Shown: positions 1 to 8,191, counted from the stretch's first letter. The stretch is DNA of 44,723 nt from a virus (IMGVR_UViG_3300042366_000770:1-44723), one strand, 5' to 3'. A program made the numbers and translations. The notes: generated from the sequence alone by a model not told the origin.

Positions 1-63
1 ATTGGTGCTATAATGTGTGGGGGGCAACTTATATAGGGGTTAAAAAACTTTACAATTCTATGC

Positions 64-92
64 TTGACAAACCTTCCAATTGGTGCTATAAT
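64..92 (+). promoter_or_regulatory. Consensus sigmaA promoter with no downstream sense gene
   Basis: TTGACA(64-69)-17 bp-TATAAT(87-92) with extended -10 TG; TTTACA at 49-54. Confidence 0.85.
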
Positions 93-136
93 ATAGGGGG
101 AGCTATTTTTTTTTTTTTTTTTTTTTTAAAGCAAAT

Positions 137-158
137 AAAAAAGGCCCCCGAAGGGGCC
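137..158 (-). terminator. Intrinsic terminator for 173..568
   Basis: Minus strand GGCCCC-TTCG-GGGGCC followed by TTTTTT, just after the stop. Confidence 0.85.
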
Positions 159-172
159 CGGATGCAGCTACT

Positions 173-568
173 TTATTTTATCACCTCCAAGCTATTGACG
201 TCGATGGATGCTTGTTGTTTAAACGAGTAGATTGCTTTTTGCTTATTGATGCGGGCGGCGTCTCCGGCGTTGTATATGTTGCTATATATGAAGCTTATAT
301 CCAGATACCAGTAGCCTTTATTTTCCCACAGCCCTACACGTGCATTTTCATTTTCTTGGATAACGTCGCTTTTTAGATTGATATACGCTTGCAATAATTC
401 GGCTGAGATGCTTCTTTGTACTCTTAATTCGTGCCCCTTGATTGATACGGCGTATCCGGATTGGTACTTTGGATTGGTGATGCTTATAATTTTATTGTTA
501 TGCATCACGACGTCAAGCGTCGCCCCTCCACCTGAGACAATATCTAGCCACTGTTCTTTGGTTATCAT
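173..568 (-). CDS. Early protein, paralog of 42910..43263; possible SAM-lyase-like fold
   Basis: AAAGGAGG RBS, own promoter and terminator; GGATL..GY.VS..VGLW..G..Y.D.S..QKAI motifs shared with the paralog. Confidence 0.75.
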   Translation of the reverse strand: MITKEQWLDIVSGGGATLDVVMHNNKIISITNPKYQSGYAVSIKGHELRVQRSISAELLQAYINLKSDVIQENENARVGLWENKGYWYLDISFIYSNIYNAGDAARINKQKAIYSFKQQASIDVNSLEVIK

Positions 569-590
569 AGATAACCTCCTTTATGCTTCT

Positions 591-619
591 ATATTATCAT
601 ACCGGATGCACGTTGTCAA
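591..619 (-). promoter_or_regulatory. sigmaA promoter for 173..568
   Basis: Minus strand TTGACA-17 bp-TAATAT with extended -10 TG. Confidence 0.8.
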
Positions 620-635
620 TACCCCTCAAAAAGTC

Positions 636-690
636 TTAACACAAACTTTACAATTAAACACTTGACAACTCTGCCCATTGGTGCTATAAT
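636..690 (+). promoter_or_regulatory. TTAACA-N5-TTTACA box plus consensus sigmaA promoter, gene-less
   Basis: TTAACA 636-641, TTTACA 647-652, TTGACA 662-667, TATAAT 685-690; followed by G8 and A29. Confidence 0.85.
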
Positions 691-702
691 ATTGGGGGGG
701 GC

Positions 703-735
<33 letters not shown>

Positions 736-739
736 CACG

Positions 740-768
740 AAAAAAAAAGGAGCCCTTTCGGGCCCCTT
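740..768 (-). terminator. Intrinsic terminator for 774..1028
   Basis: Minus strand AAGGGGCCC-GAAA-GGGCTCCTT followed by a T run. Confidence 0.85.
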
Positions 769-773
769 CCTTT

Positions 774-1028
774 CTATTCTCCTTTCAGCTTTGCAATCAA
801 CGCTTCTAGTTTTTCGATAGCGTCTCCGATTTCGCCGCCCATCATTGAGATTGCTTCGTACATTTCTTCGGTTTCGTTTACTGCTTCGTCTTTGTTTTCT
901 TCTTCGTCGTCTAACTCCTCTGCTTCTCTGGTTGCATCGCTTAGCGTATCCTCTGCATTTAGCAATCCGGATGATGCTTCCTCAAACTGCCCTCTCAACG
1001 TCTCCAACAACTCTAGTAAGTTTTTCAT
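774..1028 (-). CDS. Small, highly acidic helical early protein (candidate DNA mimic)
   Basis: 26 D/E vs 7 K/R in 84 aa; AAAGGAGGT RBS; own promoter and terminator. Confidence 0.8.
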   Translation of the reverse strand: MKNLLELLETLRGQFEEASSGLLNAEDTLSDATREAEELDDEEENKDEAVNETEEMYEAISMMGGEIGDAIEKLEALIAKLKGE

Positions 1029-1050
1029 AACTTACCTCCTTTATGAGTAT

Positions 1051-1079
1051 AGAATAGCATACCTCCATACAGTTGTCAA
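1051..1079 (-). promoter_or_regulatory. sigmaA promoter for 774..1028
   Basis: Minus strand TTGACA-17 bp-TATTCT with extended -10 TG; TTTACA half-box upstream. Confidence 0.8.
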
Positions 1080-1110
1080 TACCCAATTGTAAAGTTTTTA
1101 CCTGGTAAAC

Positions 1111-1165
1111 TTAACACAATCTTTACAAATCTTCTCTTGACAACCTTTACGATTGGTGCTATAAT
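1111..1165 (+). promoter_or_regulatory. Box plus consensus sigmaA promoter, gene-less
   Basis: TTAACA 1111, TTTACA 1122, TTGACA 1137-1142, TATAAT 1160-1165. Confidence 0.85.
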
Positions 1166-1188
1166 ATAGGTTTACCGACCGGCATTTC

Positions 1189-1243
1189 TTAACCAAATCT
1201 TTACAATTCTCCCCTTGACAACCCTTGCAATTGGCGTTATAAT
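1189..1243 (+). promoter_or_regulatory. Box plus consensus sigmaA promoter, gene-less (tandem)
   Basis: TTAACC 1189, TTTACA 1200, TTGACA 1215-1220, TATAAT 1238-1243. Confidence 0.85.
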
Positions 1244-1260
1244 ATAGGGGGACCTATTTT

Positions 1261-1293
1261 AAAAAAAAAAAGAGCACCCTTTCGGGTGCCCTT
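1261..1293 (-). terminator. Intrinsic terminator of the 2081-1301 operon
   Basis: Minus strand AAGGGCACCC-GAAA-GGGTGCTCTT followed by a T run. Confidence 0.85.
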
Positions 1294-1300
1294 CTTTGTC

Positions 1301-1501
1301 TTACTTTTCTTCGATGTTCCAGCGGTCAACCCAGAGTAATCCAGAGTTGTGTACGTCTTGAACCCAAGCAGTTGCTTCTTCTAGGTTTGCGTGATTGCGG
1401 TAGATTTCCATTTCATAACCTTGATAGAACCTTACGCCGAACGCTTTGCCATTTTTTCTGCTGCGGTTGTAGACGTACATTGTGATTTTGTACGTTTTCA
1501 C
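1301..1501 (-). CDS. Hypothetical early protein
   Basis: GTG start with AGAAAGGA RBS; terminator after the stop. Confidence 0.7.
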   Translation of the reverse strand: MKTYKITMYVYNRSRKNGKAFGVRFYQGYEMEIYRNHANLEEATAWVQDVHNSGLLWVDRWNIEEK

Positions 1502-1516
1502 GTTATATATCCTTTC

Positions 1517-1544
1517 TGAGCAGTTTAAGGACTTGCTCAGGTCC
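1517..1544 (-). ncRNA. Intergenic H-type pseudoknot element, copy 1
   Basis: GGAC-C-UGAGCA-A-GUCC-UUAAAC-UGCUCA: S1 GGAC/GUCC, S2 UGAGCA/UGCUCA. Confidence 0.65.
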
Positions 1545-1551
1545 GTGTTTT

Positions 1552-1794
1552 TTATATTTGCTCGATTGTGTCTACTAGGTCTGCGTGTTCTGCTAGTCTT
1601 AGGATATGTTCTACTACTTCTTGCGTGTCGTCTAGTCCGTTTGCTTCTTTGTATTCTATCTTTTGTTCGAGTTCTGCTATTCTTGCTTCTAGTTTTGCTA
1701 ACTTCTTGATAAATCTCACTTTGTCCATGTTGTCGTCTGCTGCTTCCATTGCTCCTGCTACATTGACTTGCTTCATCGTAAATCTTACTGCCAT
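1552..1794 (-). CDS. Hypothetical early coiled-coil protein
   Basis: AAAGGAG RBS; ATG; heptad-like segment LAKLEARIAELEQKI. Confidence 0.75.
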   Translation of the reverse strand: MAVRFTMKQVNVAGAMEAADDNMDKVRFIKKLAKLEARIAELEQKIEYKEANGLDDTQEVVEHILRLAEHADLVDTIEQI

Positions 1795-1810
1795 ATAATC
1801 TCCTTTACTT

Positions 1811-1838
1811 TGAGCAGTTTTAGGACTTGCTCAGGTCC
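1811..1838 (-). ncRNA. Intergenic H-type pseudoknot element, copy 2
   Basis: 27/28 identical to 1517-1544; the only change is in loop 2. Confidence 0.65.
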
Positions 1839-1844
1839 GGTTTT

Positions 1845-2081
1845 TTACTCTATAACTTGCGGTAGTGTGAAGTCGTATTCTACTTTGACGATTATTGCTT
1901 CTGGGATTGTCGTGCCTTTGCGGTATTTGTATCCTACAATCTCCGCCGGTGCATCTAACCATCCATACTCCGCATCCATCGTGTCCTCCACATCCGCCAC
2001 TCCGTCGAACGCTTGCGGGATGCTAACCATCGGCACATCGGCAACCATCAGCAACTCTCTCAGTGTTTGTATGTTATTCAT
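1845..2081 (-). CDS. Hypothetical acidic early protein
   Basis: AAAAGGAG RBS; ATG start. Confidence 0.75.
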   Translation of the reverse strand: MNNIQTLRELLMVADVPMVSIPQAFDGVADVEDTMDAEYGWLDAPAEIVGYKYRKGTTIPEAIIVKVEYDFTLPQVIE

Positions 2082-2123
2082 ACAAATCTCCTTTTCTAGT
2101 GATATTCATTTATCACTATCAAT

Positions 2124-2177
2124 ATGATAGCACGGATAAATGACAATGCACAAAAGAATTGTAAAGATTGTGTTAAG
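2124..2177 (-). promoter_or_regulatory. Extended -10 promoter with weak -35 and an upstream TTAACA-N5-TTTACA box
   Basis: Minus strand CTTAACACAATCTTTACAAT...TGTGCA-17 bp-TATCAT with extended -10 TG. Confidence 0.6.
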
Positions 2178-2268
2178 ACAATTTAACCAATAATAGGCGT
2201 GATGCACACGCTATATTTTGCGTTGCACTATCACAAAATAATTTTTCACTATTTTATAAAACTTGATA

Positions 2269-2318
2269 TACCCCTAGGGGTACCCCCTTAATTAAGACCC
2301 CCTAATGCACTAGGGGGT
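2269..2318. repeat. Chain of GC-rich palindromes at the early/late divergence point
   Basis: TACCCCTAGGGGTA, GGGGTACCCC, CTTAATTAAG, ACCCCCTA-N6-TAGGGGGT. Confidence 0.7.
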
Positions 2319-2403
2319 TATACATTGGCGTGTTCAAAACCCCTCATCACACACCCGTAAAAATTCAAAATTTCGCATATAATATAGATAGGGAGGAAAC
2401 ATA

Positions 2404-3351
2404 ATGTTTCTTGATGCACGACGAAAATTAAGACTTGAGCGGGAGTACCTAAAGTACGAACGTTCCAAAAACCAGGAGGATTTGAAGCACTTAGCTGTCA
2501 AAACCTTACTCAATGAGGAGCTGACACGGGCTATTCGCAAGAAGAAGCCGGTTAAGCTGTCCAAGGTGAGTATGGATACAGTGGGAGGGAAAGATGAGTA
2601 TGTGTTTGTTACAAGTGACTTTCATTACAACGGTGATGAGACACTTCTAGAGCATTATTCTCAAGTATACTCGCATATTATTCAAAAGCAAAAGGAACAC
2701 GGCTTTAAGAGGATTAAACTCTTAGAACTCGGAGATACCATCGACGGTGGCTCCCTCAGAACTAGCCAGCTGATGGCGATTAAAAAAGGGATGGTGTTCC
2801 AAATCATTGACGTTTCAAAGGTTTATGCAGATTTACTACATAAACTGTCAAAAAGTATGCAAGTTGAATTCTATTGCGTTACCTCATCTAACCACACCCA
2901 ATTACGCCCACTCGGTACTGAACGGAATGAGCTGGTCGAAGAAGACCTTATGCACGTATTCGCTCAATATATCGAAACGTCACTTAAAGACAATAAACGG
3001 GTAGAAATTAAGGCGGCTGATGACTTTATTATGCCGGTGACCGAAAACCACAAGATGTTTGTAGCTCACGGTCATCTCATCGGTAATAAGAAGGGATACT
3101 TACAAGAGTTATCTTACTACCGAAATACACAGTTTGATTATGGGTTGTTCGGACACTTCCACCATTACCGTGAAGTGACCCTATACGAAGGGAAGAACTG
3201 CAATAAGAAAGTGTTCTATGCCCCAAGTATGTCAACCATTAAAGACAATTACGAACATGATAACAATATGTCTAGCAGAGCTGCAATGCTGATGATGGTG
3301 TTCAATCCAAAGCGTGGACACCGTTACTCAGAGGAGTTATTTATTGAATAA
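2404..3351 (+). CDS. Calcineurin-like metallophosphoesterase
   Basis: DxH (SDFH), GD (LGDTIDG), SNH, HGH and GHFH motifs; GGGAGG RBS. Confidence 0.85.
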   Translation: MFLDARRKLRLEREYLKYERSKNQEDLKHLAVKTLLNEELTRAIRKKKPVKLSKVSMDTVGGKDEYVFVTSDFHYNGDETLLEHYSQVYSHIIQKQKEHGFKRIKLLELGDTIDGGSLRTSQLMAIKKGMVFQIIDVSKVYADLLHKLSKSMQVEFYCVTSSNHTQLRPLGTERNELVEEDLMHVFAQYIETSLKDNKRVEIKAADDFIMPVTENHKMFVAHGHLIGNKKGYLQELSYYRNTQFDYGLFGHFHHYREVTLYEGKNCNKKVFYAPSMSTIKDNYEHDNNMSSRAAMLMMVFNPKRGHRYSEELFIE

Positions 3352-4855
3352 TAGCTGTAAGTTGTGTAGAAGTGGAGAACTAATCCCTGTAGACGGCAAA
3401 CGTTACGCTATCTGTAACGTTTGTAATGCTACGGAGATTTTGTATTTTCCACAACCCCACCAAGCAGAGTTTCATCGAGACCCACACACCTTCAAGGCAA
3501 TCTTCGGGGCGTATGGTAGTGGTAAGACAACCACGGCAGTCATGTCCATTGTTGACCACGTGTTAGCAGTGCCTTATGGCAGAACCGCGATGTTAGCTCC
3601 GACGATGCAGTTATTAAAAGAAACGAGTTATAAGGAACTGTTACGGTTTCTTCCCCATACGCAGATTAAGGAGGAGAGACGAACGAAGGGTGAAGAAAAA
3701 ATCATCCTGAAAAACGGGCACGAGATTATGTTATTGCCCAGCAACGATGCAGAAAAGATACGTTCGCTTAACCTCACTGCGTTCTACCTAGAAGAAGCTA
3801 GTAACTCAAAATATGATGTGTATGTTGAACTGTCTGCCCGACTAAGAAACGAAGCAGCAGTTGAATACCAAGTAGACGAAGACGGTAAACGTAGGATTAA
3901 AAAGTCTAGATTATTAGGAATACTGTGTAGTAACCCTGATAGCGGATGGATACGAACCGAGATATTATATAAGTCCAACAAGGTCTTTGCTCCGATTAAG
4001 TATCCTAGAGACCCTCAATACAATCCTTATCTTAGTACACACCTTCACAGTAGTTTCCAGAATAAGTACCTAGACCCAGATTTCCAAATCCGTATTGGAC
4101 GAGGTAAACCTGAGTGGTGGATTAAACGCTATATCTACGGAAGTTTCGAGTATGCAGAAGGACTTGTGTATCCGATGTTCGCTGAAAACATTGTTGACCC
4201 CTTCCCTATCCCACCTAACTGGAAACGGTTGTTTGGGGTGGACTTCGGTCTACGAGACCCTACGGTTATGTTAGGGGTAGCGATTGACCCAGTCAAAGGA
4301 ATTGCCTATGTCTACGATGAACACTATGAAGCAGAAAAGCCAGTTAATCATCACGCAACGAAGATGCTAGCGATGCTGAACAAAGTGCCACCGGGCATGA
4401 TATATGGGCAAGTGGTAGCTGACCCTGCTGGGAAAGCTAGACGAGGAACCAACGGACAAAGTTACTTCGGCCACTATTCAGAATATGGGCTGTGGTTTAG
4501 AGAAGCGGTGAACAACCTCGACTCTGGGATTATGAAAGTCTTCACTTACTTCTCGATGAATAAGTTAAAGATTATGTCCAACTGTGTCTATACGATAAAG
4601 GAAGGACGTGAATATAAGTATCAAGAAGGTGCTATCGACCTGGAGAAGAATAGAGGTGAAAAACCAATGGACTTCAATAACCATGCGATGGACGTTCTAA
4701 GGTATGTCATGCAAGAGCTGCCGGACAATCCTGATGACTTGATTAACGACGTGTATATGCAAAACCGTCCTAGTCAATATCAACAGTTCAAGTTCCCAAA
4801 AGCTTTGCAAGAAGATGACGAACCAGTTAAAGATAACTGGTATAATACTTTTTAG
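3344..4855 (+). CDS. terL: Terminase large subunit with N-terminal CxxC..CxxC
   Basis: Walker A GAYGSGKTT, Walker B YLEEA, SNP coupling motif, nuclease GVDFG and NHAMDVLRY; TTG start after GAGGAG preferred over 3314. Confidence 0.93.
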   Translation: MNNSCKLCRSGELIPVDGKRYAICNVCNATEILYFPQPHQAEFHRDPHTFKAIFGAYGSGKTTTAVMSIVDHVLAVPYGRTAMLAPTMQLLKETSYKELLRFLPHTQIKEERRTKGEEKIILKNGHEIMLLPSNDAEKIRSLNLTAFYLEEASNSKYDVYVELSARLRNEAAVEYQVDEDGKRRIKKSRLLGILCSNPDSGWIRTEILYKSNKVFAPIKYPRDPQYNPYLSTHLHSSFQNKYLDPDFQIRIGRGKPEWWIKRYIYGSFEYAEGLVYPMFAENIVDPFPIPPNWKRLFGVDFGLRDPTVMLGVAIDPVKGIAYVYDEHYEAEKPVNHHATKMLAMLNKVPPGMIYGQVVADPAGKARRGTNGQSYFGHYSEYGLWFREAVNNLDSGIMKVFTYFSMNKLKIMSNCVYTIKEGREYKYQEGAIDLEKNRGEKPMDFNNHAMDVLRYVMQELPDNPDDLINDVYMQNRPSQYQQFKFPKALQEDDEPVKDNWYNTF

Positions 4856-4864
4856 GAGGGTGTT

Positions 4865-5092
4865 ATGGATTTTATTGTAGTCGGCGTACTCTCCTTCGTA
4901 GCGGGTTTCATCTTATCTGGTTTATTCAAGATAGAGGTGAAGTTCTCCAAGAAGGAAGACTTTGAGAAAAAGACAAAAGAGTTGGAAGCACTCATTGCCA
5001 GTTTCTCCAAAGAAAAGGTAGAGTTTAAACCGTCAGATTTGTTCCCTGCTGACATTAACAAAGATTATGGGATACCCAAGGAATTGAAGTAA
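4865..5092 (+). CDS. Small protein with N-terminal transmembrane helix
   Basis: AGGAGG RBS; hydrophobic residues 3-21. Confidence 0.75.
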   Translation: MDFIVVGVLSFVAGFILSGLFKIEVKFSKKEDFEKKTKELEALIASFSKEKVEFKPSDLFPADINKDYGIPKELK

Positions 5093-5093
5093 T

Positions 5094-7001
5094 ATGAAAT
5101 ACGAAGAAAAAGCAAAGAAGATTTGGCAAAAAGCTAAAGATGCCATTGACTTCCGCAGACAACGCAAAGATGCCACCTGGCGAGAACTTGATGCGTTTGA
5201 CCGGGGCGAACAATGGAATGAAAAAGGCAGTATGCCAAGCTGGATACCAAAACCGTCCAGTAACTATATTAACCACACGAAGAAACTGAAGACCGGTGAA
5301 TTACTTGTTGACAGTTATCTAGGTGAACTCAAACCATTAGCTCCTGAGCAAGCAGATAATATCTTCTTGTTACAGAAGTCTTATGAACAGCTTTGGGAAA
5401 AGTTAAACCTACGTTATCACATCCAAGAAGTTATTCGTACCTCTCGATTATTAGGTACAGGTATTCTTTATATCGGATGGGATGAAAACTATTTAGGCGG
5501 AACTCGTAACCACCTCTATCAAGGTGAGATTATGATTACTCCTATTGAACCATCAACGTTCTTTGTGGACCCACAAGCATTTGAATTAGATGAAGCGTTA
5601 TACTGCGGTACCTACACACGTACGACCGTGGAACACATCAAAGCAGATAATAGCATTGATGCAAAAGCTAAAGCAAAGTTTGTTGAAAACCGTAAAGGAA
5701 ATACGTATGCCTCTGAAGACCAAGGTACTCGAGGTGAAGTATTCTCAAACCGAGACTACTCCAGTTATCAAGAAGACATCGTTGACTTGATTACGTACTA
5801 TGAAAAAGAAGCAAACCAAGATGGCGGCTTCACGATTAACGTCACGTATATTGCGGACGGTATTATCCTGAAAGAAGTCAAAGGCATTAAACCTAATACA
5901 TTCCCATTTGTTATCTTGCACCAATATAAACAACGTCAAGATTTCTGGGGCATTAGCGACTGCCAACTCATCTTACCAAACGTGAAGATGATTAACAAAA
6001 TCCAATCTATTATTGGTACACTTGCGACCCTCTATCAAAACCCACAAAAGATTGTGTATGAAGGTGCAGGTATTGACCCACGTATCGTATCGAAGTACGG
6101 AAATGCGTACGGTCTAGTCTACTTGTCTAAACACCCAGACTTACAAAACGTTATTCGTAACGTCGATGTGTCTGAAATCCCAATGACCTTAATGAACTAC
6201 ATTGAGTTCTTAAAGAACGATATTAAAGAGTTCACAGGTTTAACGGAAGCGTCAACTGGTCAAGGTGCAGGTTCGTTACAAACCTCTGCAGGTGTCAATA
6301 GCTTAATTGAAAGAGCACTTGTCGGAAATCAAGACGAATACTTAGCCTTTGAAAAGTTCTTAGAAAAAGTCAGCTATATGCTCATCACATTAGCGATTGA
6401 ATACTACACCGATGACCGCCTCATGCGTATGAAAGCGGAAGACCCAAATGGTGATGTTGAATATGAATACATTCCATTTACCGCAGAATTCTTTAAGGAT
6501 ATTGCCTGGGACTTCAACATTGATATTACGCAAAAGCTAAAGCACACCGAACAAAGCAACCAAGAAAAGATGCGGATGCTTGCCGAGTGGCAGCTACAAT
6601 ATGCTCCTGATGTGTCGATTGTCACACCAGAAGATATGATTAAAGCATTCAACCCGCAAAACCGGGATATCATCTTAGCTCGTATTGAGCAAGAACGTCA
6701 ACAAAAGTCGATGGAAAATGCTCAAATGATTGCACAAACCATTATGCAGGCGATGGAACAAATCCAATTGCAAAATCTGCAGATGGAAGAAGCAATGCGA
6801 CAAGCACAACCTCAACCGATGGAAGGTGGCGGTATGCAGCCTGGTCAGCCTATGTCTCCTGAGATGATGATGCAACAACAAAAGACGCTGGACCCAATGC
6901 AAGTGATTACTGAAATTGTGTTCCAAGCTCTTAACCCTCAAAAACAGGGTTTGGGTAATGTACAAAAACGTCAAGAAGGGTTACCACAGGAAGGTATGTA
7001 G
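5094..7001 (+). CDS. Portal protein (podovirus type)
   Basis: 635 aa after TerL; helical, with FFVDP and FPFV..FWGIS segments and a Q/M-rich C-terminal tail. Confidence 0.85.
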   Translation: MKYEEKAKKIWQKAKDAIDFRRQRKDATWRELDAFDRGEQWNEKGSMPSWIPKPSSNYINHTKKLKTGELLVDSYLGELKPLAPEQADNIFLLQKSYEQLWEKLNLRYHIQEVIRTSRLLGTGILYIGWDENYLGGTRNHLYQGEIMITPIEPSTFFVDPQAFELDEALYCGTYTRTTVEHIKADNSIDAKAKAKFVENRKGNTYASEDQGTRGEVFSNRDYSSYQEDIVDLITYYEKEANQDGGFTINVTYIADGIILKEVKGIKPNTFPFVILHQYKQRQDFWGISDCQLILPNVKMINKIQSIIGTLATLYQNPQKIVYEGAGIDPRIVSKYGNAYGLVYLSKHPDLQNVIRNVDVSEIPMTLMNYIEFLKNDIKEFTGLTEASTGQGAGSLQTSAGVNSLIERALVGNQDEYLAFEKFLEKVSYMLITLAIEYYTDDRLMRMKAEDPNGDVEYEYIPFTAEFFKDIAWDFNIDITQKLKHTEQSNQEKMRMLAEWQLQYAPDVSIVTPEDMIKAFNPQNRDIILARIEQERQQKSMENAQMIAQTIMQAMEQIQLQNLQMEEAMRQAQPQPMEGGGMQPGQPMSPEMMMQQQKTLDPMQVITEIVFQALNPQKQGLGNVQKRQEGLPQEGM

Positions 7002-7003
7002 TC

Positions 7004-7174
7004 ATGGATGTTAAGATTATCTGTCCGATTTGTAAAGGTGATGACTTTATAGATATTGTCATAGGTATTGAAAATAAACCTACTCACTATCTAAAATGTA
7101 CAAAATGTTACAAAGAATACGGGTATAAGGAACTCACCCCCACCTGCGAGGGTGATACCTGTAACGTCAAATAA
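7004..7174 (+). CDS. 56-aa Cys-rich zinc-ribbon protein (absent from ORF track)
   Basis: MDVKIICPICKGDD...KCTKC...CEGDTCNVK; GGAAGGT RBS; terminator follows. Confidence 0.7.
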   Translation: MDVKIICPICKGDDFIDIVIGIENKPTHYLKCTKCYKEYGYKELTPTCEGDTCNVK

Positions 7175-7177
7175 GAT

Positions 7178-7208
7178 AAAGAGTGCACTTCGGTGCACTT
7201 TTTTCTTT
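7178..7208 (+). terminator. Intrinsic terminator
   Basis: AAAGAGTGCAC-TTCG-GTGCACTTTTTTCTTT. Confidence 0.9.
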
Positions 7209-7215
7209 GTTTTAG

Positions 7216-7244
7216 TTGTAATTTAGTAAAATGTTGTGTATAAT
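7216..7244 (+). promoter_or_regulatory. sigmaA-like promoter of the capsid operon
   Basis: TTGTAA-17 bp-TATAAT. Confidence 0.6.
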
Positions 7245-7366
7245 AGTAATGGAAGGTGTTGTACGGGGTCCAAACCGTATAAAGTAGAGTATGCACAACA
7301 CACAAATCCGGCTGTAAAGTCGTCACCTACAGTTGTCCTCATGACGGAGAGGGAAGGAGCCACCAG

Positions 7367-8191
7367 ATGGCAAATGATAGAGAGCAGTTTGATGCGAGTA
7401 AGTTTTTAGCAGATTTTGATAAGGATTTCGAGGTAAAGGAAACTCCGCAACCAGCAGTTCCTGAGACACAGGACACAAAACAACCTACCCCAGCCCCGGC
7501 TGCCGTAGAAAAACAGGTCGAAGAGCCCAAAGAAGAGGCACTCCCTGAACAACCGGCTGATGAACCAGTGGAAGAACCAGCTGAAGAACCTAATCAAGAA
7601 GATGCTGCACCAGTCAATGACCCTGACATGCATAAACGTAACGAAGCATTTAAAAAGCTCCGTGAAGAAAAGGAAAAGTTAGAGCAATCTGATAAATTCC
7701 TAGGTGAGTTAGCAAATCAATACGGTATTAGTAAAGATGAGTTAATTACCAAATTTAAAGAAGACCGCCTCAAAAAAGAAGCGGAAAAACAAGGTATCCC
7801 GTTAGACCAATTCAAACGGATGCAAACCTTGGAACAAGAAGTCCAAACCATTAAGCAACGATATCAACAAGAAACGTTCAATTATGAAGCAGAAAGACTT
7901 GTACAAAAGTATAGTATTCCTGCGAACCAAGTTGAAGCCGTATTTGCACAAATCGGGCAATTAGGAATGGATGTTGTAGCGAACCCAAAACTTTTGGAAG
8001 TAGCATATAAGGCCTTAAATTATGACGTAGCTTTGCAGAAGGGTCGTCAAGCTCAGCTTGAAGAAACAAAGAAACGCCGTGAAACGACCGCCAGTCCTTC
8101 GTTAGGCAATAAAGGTGGCAACGTCGATACATCCGCTGCCGATATGGATGCTGAAATCGACTCATTCTTAAAAGAAAAACTCGGCAGATAA
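7367..8191 (+). CDS. Capsid scaffolding protein
   Basis: Acidic/Pro-rich N-terminus, coiled coil, directly before the MCP. Confidence 0.8.
   Translation: MANDREQFDASKFLADFDKDFEVKETPQPAVPETQDTKQPTPAPAAVEKQVEEPKEEALPEQPADEPVEEPAEEPNQEDAAPVNDPDMHKRNEAFKKLREEKEKLEQSDKFLGELANQYGISKDELITKFKEDRLKKEAEKQGIPLDQFKRMQTLEQEVQTIKQRYQQETFNYEAERLVQKYSIPANQVEAVFAQIGQLGMDVVANPKLLEVAYKALNYDVALQKGRQAQLEETKKRRETTASPSLGNKGGNVDTSAADMDAEIDSFLKEKLGR

Larger units (their letters stand above)
1..190. repeat. Terminal direct repeat / circular overlap, left copy
   Basis: 1-190 matches 44533-44723 except for poly-T length (22 vs 23 T). Confidence 0.95.

Noticed and set aside
1517-1544. preQ1-I riboswitch or pistol ribozyme
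   Set aside because: Similar compact pseudoknot topology, but it lacks the preQ1 loop and tail consensus and the extra P2/P3 stems of pistol; no queuosine genes nearby.
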